A stretch of 64,000 nucleotides of DNA, taken from positions 75,894-139,893 of the forward strand of contig CAVXUF010000002.1 in the NCBI GenBank assembly GCA_963764975.1, given 5' to 3'. Below the pieces are notes generated by a model. It was not told where the DNA came from. It did not search any database and was given only the letters and a program-made list of their open reading frames with translations. The stretch comes from an uncultured Chloroflexia bacterium (GTDB lineage Bacteria; Chloroflexota; Limnocylindria; Limnocylindrales; CSP1-4). This document shows positions 56,588 to 64,000 of this stretch, piece by piece (the first letter of the stretch is position 1; each line of letters opens with the position of its first letter). A program made the position numbers and the translations under genes.

Positions 56588-57521
56588 GTGACGGATCGAC
56601 CGGGGATCGTCGTCGTCGGAAGCACGATGATCGACCTCATCGCCTACGCGGACCGGCTGCCGGACGACGGCGAGACGGTCGTGGGGAGCGCGTTCCAGTC
56701 CGGGTTCGGGGGCAAGGGGGCGAACCAGGCGGTGGCGGCAGCCCGCTTCGGCGCCGAGGTCGCGATGGTCAACGCCGTCGGCGATGACGACTACGGGTCC
56801 GCCACGATCGGCAACTTCGAGCGCGAGGGGATCGCCACCGACGATGTCATCCGCGTGTCCCGGGTCATCCGGCGTGGCGCCGATCTGGGTGGACGGGCGG
56901 GGGAGCAACCGGATCATCATCGTGCCCGGCGCGAACCTCGCGGTGCCGCCGGACCTGGCGACTGCGGCCGTCTCGCGGCGACGCCCGGCGGTGGTCATCG
57001 GGCAGTTCGAGATCCCGCAGGCCGTGACCGCGGCCGGGTTCGCCGCCGGCCGGGCTGTCGGGGCGATCACGATCCTCAATCCAGCCCCGGCCGCGGCCAT
57101 CGAATCGTCGCTGCTCGCGGTCACAGACTGGCTGGTCCCCAACGAGACCGAGTTCGCGCTCCTCGCCGGGCACCCACTCGGCGACGATCCCGCTGCGGAG
57201 GAGCGGTCCATCACGGCCTTTGCGGCCGTGGTCGGGACGTCGGTCGTGGTCACGCTGGGTGCCCGCGGCGTGGCGATCCTGCCGCTCGGCGGGTCGCTCG
57301 TACGGGTGCCGGCCCCGGTCGTCGACGCGGTGGACACGACCGGCGCCGGCGATGCCTTTGTCGGCGCGTTCGCGGTGGGGCTCGCGATGGGCTGGACGCC
57401 AGAGCGCGCCGCGCACCTCGGCTGTCTGGCCGCCTCGGACAGCGTGACCCGGCCGGGCACCCAGCTGTCCTATCCCGATCGAGACCGGGCGGCCGATCTG
57501 CTGGCCACCGCCGTCGCATAG
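56588..57521 (+). pseudogene. rbsK: Ribokinase, reading frame interrupted by one extra base (pseudogene or assembly indel)
   Basis: The N-terminal part (GTG 56588 after AGGAGGG; ..VVVGSTMIDL.., GGKGANQAVAAA) is in frame 2. The remainder (..SSGVAPIWVDGRGSNRIIIVPGAN.., NETE, VDTTGAGDAFVGAF) is in frame 0. The switch is at the CCCGGG run 56859..56864. Total length is 3n+1. Confidence 0.75.
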
Positions 57522-57536
57522 GGCCGATCGGAGAGC

Positions 57537-57575
57537 GGCCACGACGGCGCGGGAGGGGGACGCGCCGCCGTGGCC
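57537..57575. terminator. Hairpin between convergent rbsK and ssb (possible bidirectional terminator)
   Basis: GGCCACGACGGCGCG-ggaggggga-CGCGCCGCCGTGGCC: a 15-bp stem with one mismatch and no clear U-tract. Confidence 0.3.
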
Positions 57576-57592
57576 CGGGACGTGCAGCCTGG

Positions 57593-58066
57593 TCAGGCGG
57601 CGGCCTCGATATCGTCCTCCTCGTCGTCGTCCGGATCGGATGCCGACGCGACCTCGGCACCCACCGGGATGGGCTCATCGGCCGGGGCCTCCCCGAGCGC
57701 CTCGGCCTGGGCCACGAGGGAGTCGGCCGCCTGCTGGGCCTCGTAGTCCTTCTTCTTGCGGCCGCTGAGCATCTCCACGTGGGCCGCCACGATCTCGGTC
57801 CGCCAATGTCGCTTCCCGGCGTCGTCATCCCAGGTGCGCGTCTGGATCCGGCCTTCCACCGCGACCTGCTGGCCCTTGCCGAGGTAGCGTCCGGCGATCT
57901 CGGCCAGCCGATCCCAGGAGACGACGTTGTGGTACTCGGCCTTCTCCTTGCCGGCACCGAGGAACTCGTTGCTGGCCACGGTGAAGGTCGTGACGACCTT
58001 GCCACTGGCCAGGCTGCGCATCTCCGGGTCGCGAGTGAGGCGCCCGGTCAACAGGACCTTGTTCAC
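57593..58066 (-). CDS. ssb: Single-stranded DNA-binding protein
   Basis: OB-fold N-terminus VNKVLLTGRLTRDPE.R....G..V..F.VA.N and an acidic C-terminus. AAGGAG lies 8 nt before GTG 58066. Confidence 0.9.
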   Translation of the reverse strand: MNKVLLTGRLTRDPEMRSLASGKVVTTFTVASNEFLGAGKEKAEYHNVVSWDRLAEIAGRYLGKGQQVAVEGRIQTRTWDDDAGKRHWRTEIVAAHVEMLSGRKKKDYEAQQAADSLVAQAEALGEAPADEPIPVGAEVASASDPDDDEEDDIEAAA

Positions 58067-58290
58067 GGTCCGTACTCCTTCTGGTCGGCCGGATGCTCCG
58101 GTCTCGACCCTGCGTCTCCGGCGGGATGACGGGGTCAACCTAGCAGCGAGCGCTCGCCTGGCAGGTATCTGGCAGTTCACCGCCGCTTATCCAGACGACG
58201 GCATCGCCGACCGGGGCAGCCTGCTCTTGTCGGGCCATCCGGCGGTCCCTATCCTCACGGCCATCGTGGCAGCAGGACGGAGGATGAATC

Positions 58291-58881
58291 GTGGATTGGG
58301 AGAACGCGATCTTCGGGCCGGGCTGGGTCTGGTCGATGCTCAGCATCATCTTGGTGGTCGGCTCCCTGTTCGGGCTCTACCGCCAGCTGCGCCTGCAGCA
58401 CACCCAGACGGCGATCGACCAGATGGCGGCATTCACGGAAGAGGCGTACAGCGAGCAGATGCAGCGCTACGGACTCGACGCGATGATCGCGTTGCGCGAC
58501 CACGACGACCCGGCCGACATCCCCGAGGGCGCCGTCCTCGGCCTCGGTGACTTCTGGGACAACTTCGCCACCCTGGCTCGGAGTGGTCACCGCGATCCGT
58601 CCCTGCTCTGGCAGTCGAATTCGGCCTCGCCGCAGATCGTCTGGTGGTGGATCGCGCCGTTCGTCCGTAAGGCGCGGACCGACGATACCCTCGGTGTTCC
58701 CTCGTATGTCGACTTCGAATGGCTCGTTGGGGTACTGGCCGAGATGGACCGAGCTGGTGGTCGGCAGGTCATCACCCGGGAGCGGGTCATGGCCGATCTG
58801 GACCGCCTCATCAGGCTCCAGCGGGACCTGATTCGCACCATGCATGCGTCAAGATCGGAGCGACTGGTCCTGGGCGACTGA
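58291..58881 (+). CDS. Hypothetical N-terminally anchored membrane protein
   Basis: 196 aa, one TM (WVWSMLSIILVVGSLFGLY), high third-position GC. GGAGGATGAATC precedes the GTG start. No family recognised. Confidence 0.55.
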   Translation: MDWENAIFGPGWVWSMLSIILVVGSLFGLYRQLRLQHTQTAIDQMAAFTEEAYSEQMQRYGLDAMIALRDHDDPADIPEGAVLGLGDFWDNFATLARSGHRDPSLLWQSNSASPQIVWWWIAPFVRKARTDDTLGVPSYVDFEWLVGVLAEMDRAGGRQVITRERVMADLDRLIRLQRDLIRTMHASRSERLVLGD

Positions 58882-59119
58882 TCCGCGACGCTGCCCAACG
58901 CCTCCGGACCCATGTCGAGCTTCGCCAGCGCGTCCTGCTCACGGCGCCGACGACCCACGAGCGATCGGCGGACCTTCCGCTGCCTCGGGTTCCCGCCACG
59001 AGCGGCCAGCGTGTTCGAGCCGACCGGCGCACGCGGAGGGCCGGTGTACGCTACGACGGCCCGTCGATCGCCGACGGGTCCGTGCGTCCGGCGCCGACGC
59101 ATCGAGCGAGAAGGTGCCG

Positions 59120-59861
59120 ATGACCGCCACCCGCGTGATCGCCGTGGTCCAGGCACGGATGACGTCGACCCGGCTTCCCGGCAAGGTCCTCGAGCTGATC
59201 CGCGGCCGCCCACTCGTGCTCTGGACGATGCGCGTCGTGGCGGCGATCCCCTCGGTCGACGCGGTCGTCGCCGCGGTCACGACCGAACCGGAGGACGACC
59301 CGCTCGTGGATGTCCTCGCCGAGGCGGGCTACGCCTACCACCGAGGGTCCGTGCAGGACGTCCTGTCGCGGTGCTGGGACGCGGTCGCGCCGTTCGAGCC
59401 GACGCACGTCGTGCGCGCCACGGCGGACTGTCCGTTCATCGACGGTGCGGTGTACGAGCGCCAGATCCAGTACGCGCTCGACGGTGACTACGACTATGTC
59501 GGGATCGCCGGCTGGCCGGTCGGGCATCGCCGGGGAGGTCGCCCGGGCCAGCGCCCTGGAGATGGCCGCTACGCGCGAGGCGGTGGAGCGCGCTGAGCGC
59601 GAGCACGTGATGCCGTTCCTGTACGCGCGACCCGAACGGTTCCGGATCGGCACCTGCCCGCCGCTCACCCCGCCACCGGCCGGCCGGTTCGCCGTCGACA
59701 CCGCGGAGGACCTGGAGGTGATCCGGGCGATCGCCGAGCGACTCCCCTCGGACGATCCGCCATCACTCGAGCAGCTGGGGGCCATCATCGCGGCCGACCC
59801 CACGCTCGCCGAGGGGAACCGTGGCGTCCACCAGCGGACGTGGCACGAGACGGAGGAGTAG
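59120..59861 (+). pseudogene. Cytidylyltransferase (SpsF / acylneuraminate cytidylyltransferase-like), frame interrupted by one extra base
   Basis: The N-terminal part (..VIAVVQARMTSTRLPGKVL..) is in frame 2 up to ..DYVGIAGWPVG. The continuation (IAGEVARASALE..EREHVMPFLY..) is in frame 0. The switch is at GGGC 59522..59525. Total length is 3n+1. Confidence 0.65.
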
Positions 59862-59891
59862 CCATCGGACGGTCCATCGGACCGTCGCTCG

Positions 59892-61613
59892 TCAGCCGGT
59901 CGCACCCTGTGGGCGGGGCCGGAGCGGGCCATCCGGGTTGGAGGCGGGCAGCGGATCGAGCTCGTCGTCCAGCTCCATCGCTGCCTCGGCGTCCGAGGCC
60001 ATCGTGGCCGACGGACCCGCCGACGCGGTCATCGACCTGGCGCGCGAGACCCGGCGAATGGGTGCCCTGGTGGTCACGGTCGGCACCAGCGCCGGCGCAT
60101 CATCGATGGCCTGTCGGGTCATGGCGACGATGGTCGGGTCCGCGATGGGCGGATTGGCCGCGTACAGGTCGCAGAACAGGCTGACGAGCTCCGGGTCGAA
60201 CTGGGTCCCGGCGTGGCGTCGGAGTTCGGCGATCGCCTGGTCGTGCGTCATCGCGCGCTTGTACGGTCGGTCGTGGATCATCGCGTCGTAGGCATCGGCG
60301 ATGGCGACGATGCGGGCGCCGAGCGGGATCTCGTTGGCCCGCAACCCGAAGGGATAGCCGTGTCCGGCGTAGCGCTCGTGGTGGTGGAGGATGATCGGCA
60401 CGGCGTCCTTGAGCGCGGCCGCCTGCTCGAGGATCACCTGCCCGATCCGCGGATGCTGAACGACCGATCGCCACTCCCCGGTGGTCAGCGCCGACGGCTT
60501 GTCGAGGATCTCCTGGGGGATCGCCACCTTGCCCACATCGTGGAGCAGCGCAGCCAGCTGGATCCGGTCGATCTCGGCCTCTGGCAGTTCGAGCTGTCTG
60601 GCCAGTTCCACGACGATCGAGGCGATCAGCGCCGACGGCTGCCCGCGGTAGTGGGGGAGGGGCATGACGTACGAGGCCAGCGCGGCGGTCGCGGCCTGGC
60701 GGGCATGTCGCCCGATCTCCATGGCCTTCGCGCGCCCGGCATTCGAGATCGGTGCCCGCGGCACGCGCGCGTCGTCGTCGGGCTCCGCGAAGATGTAGGT
60801 CTGGTTCCGGCCAAGCGACTTGGCCGAGTACATCGCGGCATCGGCGTCACGCACGAGCGTGTCCACCCGCAGGACCGGTCCGCTCCCGCCGACGATCCCG
60901 ATGGAGATCGTGACGGACAGATCGGCGTTCCCATCGACGGTGAAGCGCTGCTTCTGGACGAGCGTCCGGAGCTTCTCCGTCAGGACGGCACCCTCCTCGA
61001 CGTCGGTCTCGGTGAGGATGAGCATGAACTCCTCCCCGCCGTAGCGGCCGATCATGTCGCTGGCTCGCAGGTTGATCCCGAGGGTCTGGGCGACGCCGCG
61101 CAGCACGATGTCGCCGGCCGCGTGGCCGTACGTGTCATTGACGGCCTTGAAGTGATCGATGTCCACGAACGCGACCGACAGGGGCCGGCCGTAGCGGACG
61201 GCCCGCTCGACCTCGGAGAACAGCGCGGCGAGGACCGCACCTCGATTCGACACGCCGGTCAATCGATCCGTCGTCGCCTCATTGTGTGTCTGGGATAGGG
61301 CCACGCTCAGGTCGTTGATCGCGCGGGCGAAACGCCCTTCGAGCCCACCGCGTCCGCGGGTCACGACCTTGACGTTGTAGTCGCCGGCCGCGAGGCGCTC
61401 GGCGGCCCTGATCAGCCGACCGAACTGGAGGCGGAAGAGGATCATGACGGCCCCGGCCGTGATCGACACGGCGACCGTCGCGGCGACCGCGGCCACGACC
61501 ACGACACGATCGTTCTGGCCCATCACGTCGGCGGCGAAAGCCGGCTTCATCACGAGCAGGATCCCGAAGGCGACGGGGGCGGCCAGCAAGAGGACCCCCA
61601 ACAGGCGCATCAC
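59892..61613 (-). CDS. Membrane-anchored diguanylate cyclase (GGDEF) fused to an HD-GYP phosphodiesterase domain
   Basis: Two N-terminal TM helices plus a HAMP-like linker; RYGGEEF active site preceded by an RxxD-type context; HD..HHHERYAGHGYP HD-GYP motifs. Confidence 0.9.
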   Translation of the reverse strand: MMRLLGVLLLAAPVAFGILLVMKPAFAADVMGQNDRVVVVAAVAATVAVSITAGAVMILFRLQFGRLIRAAERLAAGDYNVKVVTRGRGGLEGRFARAINDLSVALSQTHNEATTDRLTGVSNRGAVLAALFSEVERAVRYGRPLSVAFVDIDHFKAVNDTYGHAAGDIVLRGVAQTLGINLRASDMIGRYGGEEFMLILTETDVEEGAVLTEKLRTLVQKQRFTVDGNADLSVTISIGIVGGSGPVLRVDTLVRDADAAMYSAKSLGRNQTYIFAEPDDDARVPRAPISNAGRAKAMEIGRHARQAATAALASYVMPLPHYRGQPSALIASIVVELARQLELPEAEIDRIQLAALLHDVGKVAIPQEILDKPSALTTGEWRSVVQHPRIGQVILEQAAALKDAVPIILHHHERYAGHGYPFGLRANEIPLGARIVAIADAYDAMIHDRPYKRAMTHDQAIAELRRHAGTQFDPELVSLFCDLYAANPPIADPTIVAMTRQAIDDAPALVPTVTTRAPIRRVSRARSMTASAGPSATMASDAEAAMELDDELDPLPASNPDGPLRPRPQGATG

Positions 61614-61733
61614 GTCCCAAAGGCTACCGGTGAGCGTGCGGCGTTCGGGCTATGTAGGAGGTACCGGTCGAGACCCGCCGGTGGTACGGCCGCTCAGGCG
61701 TCTGCTTGAGCCGGGTTTGGGACGATCGGCCCC

Positions 61734-61742
61734 TGCTATACT
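61734..61742 (+). promoter_or_regulatory. Extended -10 promoter element TGcTATACT
   Basis: TG at 61734..61735 and TATACT at 61737..61742, within the same GCTATACTCCG 11-mer seen upstream of ftsZ. Confidence 0.35.
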
Positions 61743-61748
61743 CCGGCC

Positions 61749-61928
61749 GTCCTCGTCCGCAGCGGGTCCAGCCCGCGAACCAGGAGGTCCGACGATCGCG
61801 CTTGGAGGGCGCATCGGCCGCCCCGTGAGGCGACCGAGCGACCGAACGATGGCGATCCGCCGAAGCACCGGCGGCGCGACACGGGATAAATCTATCCAGG
61901 ACCCCGGATCCCAGGACCGGGGCCTTTT
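61749..61928 (+). ncRNA. Candidate structured leader RNA (riboswitch/attenuator) or small RNA upstream of purA, unclassified
   Basis: ~180 nt between the extended -10 promoter and an intrinsic terminator. Several GC-rich hairpins can be drawn (GCGGG/CCCGC; CGATCGCGC/GCGCATCG; CCGCCG-aagcac-CGGCGG; GGATA-aatc-TATCC). No credible ORF. Confidence 0.35.
61899..61928 (+). terminator. Intrinsic terminator-like hairpin with U-tract, 40 nt before the purA ATG
   Basis: GGaCCCCGG-atcccagga-CCGGGGCC followed by TTTT (61925..61928). Confidence 0.5.
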
Positions 61929-61967
61929 CATGTCCGTCCGACGTGCGTCGAGCGGTCGGGTCGACTG

Positions 61968-63275
61968 ATGCCGGCGACCGTGATCGTCGGGCTCCAGTGG
62001 GGCGACGAGGGCAAGGGCAAGACCACCGACTTCCTCGCCGAGCAGGTCGCGATGGTGGTGCGCTACCAGGGTGGCGACAACGCCGGACACACCGTGGTCA
62101 GCGGCGACGAGGTCTTCAAGCTGCGCCTGACGCCATCCGGCGTGCTGTATCCGCACATCACGTCGGTCATCGGCAACGGGGTCGTCGTCAACCCCGTGAC
62201 GCTCATCGCCGAGCTCGACGAGCTCACCGCCCGGGGCATCGATGTCTCGCGGGTCCGGGTCAGCCGCAGCTCGCACGTGATCATGCCCTACCACGTCGCG
62301 CTGGACCGCGCGAACGAGGCCCGTCTCGACGGCGCCAAGGTCGGGACGACGGGGCGCGGGATCGGCCCCGCGTATGGCGACCGCGCCTGGCGTCTCGGGT
62401 TGCGCATGGAGGATCTGCTCGACGCGGGCGTGCTGCGCGAACGGATCGGTCGGGCCCTGCCCGACAAGAATCTGCTGCTCGGGTCGATGGGTGGCGCCAC
62501 GTTCGACGTGGATGACCTCGTCGACCTGGCACTCGGCTGGGGGACGCGCCTCGGGGCCCACCTCGACGACACGACCTGGCTCGTCCAGGCCGCGCTCGCG
62601 CGAGGGGAACACGTCCTGCTCGAAGGCGCGCAGGGCACGCTGCTGGACCTGGACCACGGGAGCTACCCCTTCGTGACGTCCTCCAACCCGGTCGCGGGCG
62701 GCGCCTGCACGGGTGGCGGTATCGGCCCGCTCCAGGTGGACGAGGTCATCGGCGTCATGAAGGCCTACTCCACGCGCGTCGGGTCCGGCCCGTACCCCAC
62801 CGAGCTCCACGACGACATCGGCGCGGGCATCGCCGCGCGTGGTCACGAGTTCGGCACTGTCACCGGGCGACCCCGTCGCGTGGGCTGGTTCGACGCCGTG
62901 CCACTTCGCTATGCCGTGGCCGTGAACAGCGTCAGCTCGATCATGCTCAACAAGCTGGATATCCTGTCCGGGATCGAGACGGTCAGGATGTGCGTCGCCT
63001 ATGAGATCGACGATCGGCGGGTCGAAGTCTGGCCATCGTCGGGGGCGGCGCTCGCCCGGGCGAACCCGATCTACGAGGACTTCCCCGGCTGGAACGAACC
63101 GATCCACGGCGTCCGCTCGCTGGGCGACCTCCCGGAGAACGCTCGCCGCTACGTGAGCGCGATCGAGTCGTACGCGGGTGTGCCGATCGTCCTGCTCTCG
63201 GTGGGGCCGGAGCGGACCCAGACGATCGAACGCGCCTGGCGGCCGATGCGCCATCGACCGGGGATCCCCGCGTGA
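61968..63275 (+). CDS. purA: Adenylosuccinate synthetase
   Basis: N-terminus VIVGLQWGDEGKGKTTD and GTTGRGIGPAY; 435 aa. Confidence 0.95.
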   Translation: MPATVIVGLQWGDEGKGKTTDFLAEQVAMVVRYQGGDNAGHTVVSGDEVFKLRLTPSGVLYPHITSVIGNGVVVNPVTLIAELDELTARGIDVSRVRVSRSSHVIMPYHVALDRANEARLDGAKVGTTGRGIGPAYGDRAWRLGLRMEDLLDAGVLRERIGRALPDKNLLLGSMGGATFDVDDLVDLALGWGTRLGAHLDDTTWLVQAALARGEHVLLEGAQGTLLDLDHGSYPFVTSSNPVAGGACTGGGIGPLQVDEVIGVMKAYSTRVGSGPYPTELHDDIGAGIAARGHEFGTVTGRPRRVGWFDAVPLRYAVAVNSVSSIMLNKLDILSGIETVRMCVAYEIDDRRVEVWPSSGAALARANPIYEDFPGWNEPIHGVRSLGDLPENARRYVSAIESYAGVPIVLLSVGPERTQTIERAWRPMRHRPGIPA

Positions 63276-63292
63276 GCGCGGCCAGCCTCCTG

Positions 63293-64000
63293 ATGCCGAC
63301 CCGCATCCTCATCGTGGGCGCGGGCGGTCGGGAGCACGCGCTGGCCTGGAAGTTGAGCGGCGAGCCGGGGGTCAACGAGGTGATCGTCGCGCCGGGGAGT
63401 GGCGGGATCGCCGAGGAGCCGCGGGTGCGTTGCGTGCCGGTCGACCCCCTCGATGCCGACGCGGTCGTCGACCTCGCCCGACGCGAGGCGGTCGAGCTCG
63501 TCGTGATCGGGCCCGAGGCGCCGCTCGCCGCCGGGGTCGCCGATGCGCTGGCGGAGGCGGGGATCGCCGTGTTCGGGCCGACCCGGGACGCGGCCCGGAT
63601 CGAGAGCAGTAAGGCGTTCTGCCACGAGATCGCGGCGGCGAGCGGCGTCCGGATGGCTCGTGCGCGTGCGTTCGATGCGGTCGAGGCCGCGATCGTCTAC
63701 GCGCGGGACCTCGCTCGCGATGGCGATGGTCTCGTCGTGAAGGCCGACGGTCTGGCCGCCGGCAAGGGCGTCACCGTCTGTGACGACGCCGAGACGGCCG
63801 CGCTCGCCATCCGGGACGTCCTCGCGACACCAGGTGCCTGGGTCCTGATCGAGGAACGGTTGCGCGGACCGGAGGCCAGCCTCATCGCGCTGTGCGACGG
63901 TCGCGACGCGCTGGGCCTTCCGCTCGCCCGGGATCACAAGCGGCTCGGCGACGCCGACACCGGCCCGAACACCGGAGGGATGGGCGCGGTCAGCCCGCTG
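63293..64000 (+). CDS. purD: Phosphoribosylamine--glycine ligase, 3' end beyond the window
   Basis: MPTRILIVGAGGREHALAWKL.., ..VVKADGLAAGKGV.., ..NTGGMGA.. Open to the window end. An alternative GTG at 63272 forms a GTGA overlap with the purA stop. Confidence 0.9.
   Translation, partial: MPTRILIVGAGGREHALAWKLSGEPGVNEVIVAPGSGGIAEEPRVRCVPVDPLDADAVVDLARREAVELVVIGPEAPLAAGVADALAEAGIAVFGPTRDAARIESSKAFCHEIAAASGVRMARARAFDAVEAAIVYARDLARDGDGLVVKADGLAAGKGVTVCDDAETAALAIRDVLATPGAWVLIEERLRGPEASLIALCDGRDALGLPLARDHKRLGDADTGPNTGGMGAVSPL

Noticed and set aside
56411-58129. 572-aa plus-strand ORF that a gene caller might report as one protein.
   Set aside because: Only residues encoded from 56588 to about 56860 are ribokinase-like. 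The rest is the wrong frame of rbsK, runs on through the rbsK-ssb spacer and lies antisense to ssb. The real C-terminal part of rbsK is in the 56784..57521 frame.
58882-59119. 240-bp gap before the cytidylyltransferase, with a minus-strand ORF fragment (..EQDALAKLDMGPEALG..), considered as another gene remnant.
   Set aside because: No recognisable family motif, and no start or RBS. Insufficient evidence to call it.
61749-61928. Tried to assign the purA-upstream RNA to ykkC (guanidine/PRPP/ppGpp), ZTP or SRP RNA classes.
   Set aside because: Only short partial matches (GGUCCGA; ACACGG-GAUAAA; CCAGG-AGGUCCG). The ZTP CCGCCUGGGC pseudoknot element and the SRP GGAA/AGCA domain IV motifs are absent. 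It is kept as unclassified.

Overview
Very GC-rich bacterial chromosomal segment with no rRNA, CRISPR array, transposase or integrase. All calls come from reading the ORF translations and the DNA by eye; family assignments rest on remembered motifs, not on searches. The gene content looks monoderm-like: ftsA plus sbp/DUF1290, an ECF transporter and lipoprotein-type binding proteins. This suggests a Chloroflexota-like or deep actinobacterial lineage, which is inference only. Order of content: (1) dcw cell-wall/division cluster ftsI-murF-mraY-murD-ftsW-murG-murB-ddl-ftsQ-sbp-ftsA-[YjbQ remnant]-ftsZ-yggS-DUF167, then tRNA-Val(CAC). (2) Minus-strand 7-gene sulfur-trafficking operon: DsrE-like, TusA, DsrE-like, TusA, SQR, tandem USP, CBS. 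(3) acnA, and a DUF2520 Rossmann protein. (4) Nudix-gcvT-gcvH-gcvPA-gcvPB. (5) Two convergent peptide/nickel-type ABC importers flanking an orphan membrane protein. (6) Split glutamine-dependent NAD synthetase (C-N hydrolase + nadE), then rsmI. (7) The most unusual region, about 44.9-57.5 kb, is a nucleoside-salvage-like island. It holds a PfkB kinase fused to a divergent PNP/UDP phosphorylase domain, a degenerate PNP-fold protein, a dedicated ECF importer with an extra small membrane protein, and two tandem uridine-phosphorylase-like genes. These are followed by a cytochrome P450 with no canonical start codon (CTGA overlap), an MFS transporter, a DUF2419/Qng1-type queuosine-salvage protein and a frameshifted ribokinase. 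(8) ssb, an orphan membrane protein, a frameshifted cytidylyltransferase and a GGDEF/HD-GYP protein. (9) A promoter + ~180-nt structured RNA + intrinsic terminator just upstream of purA, then purD (3' truncated by the window). Many long antisense or alternate-frame ORFs in the track are GC-driven artefacts.
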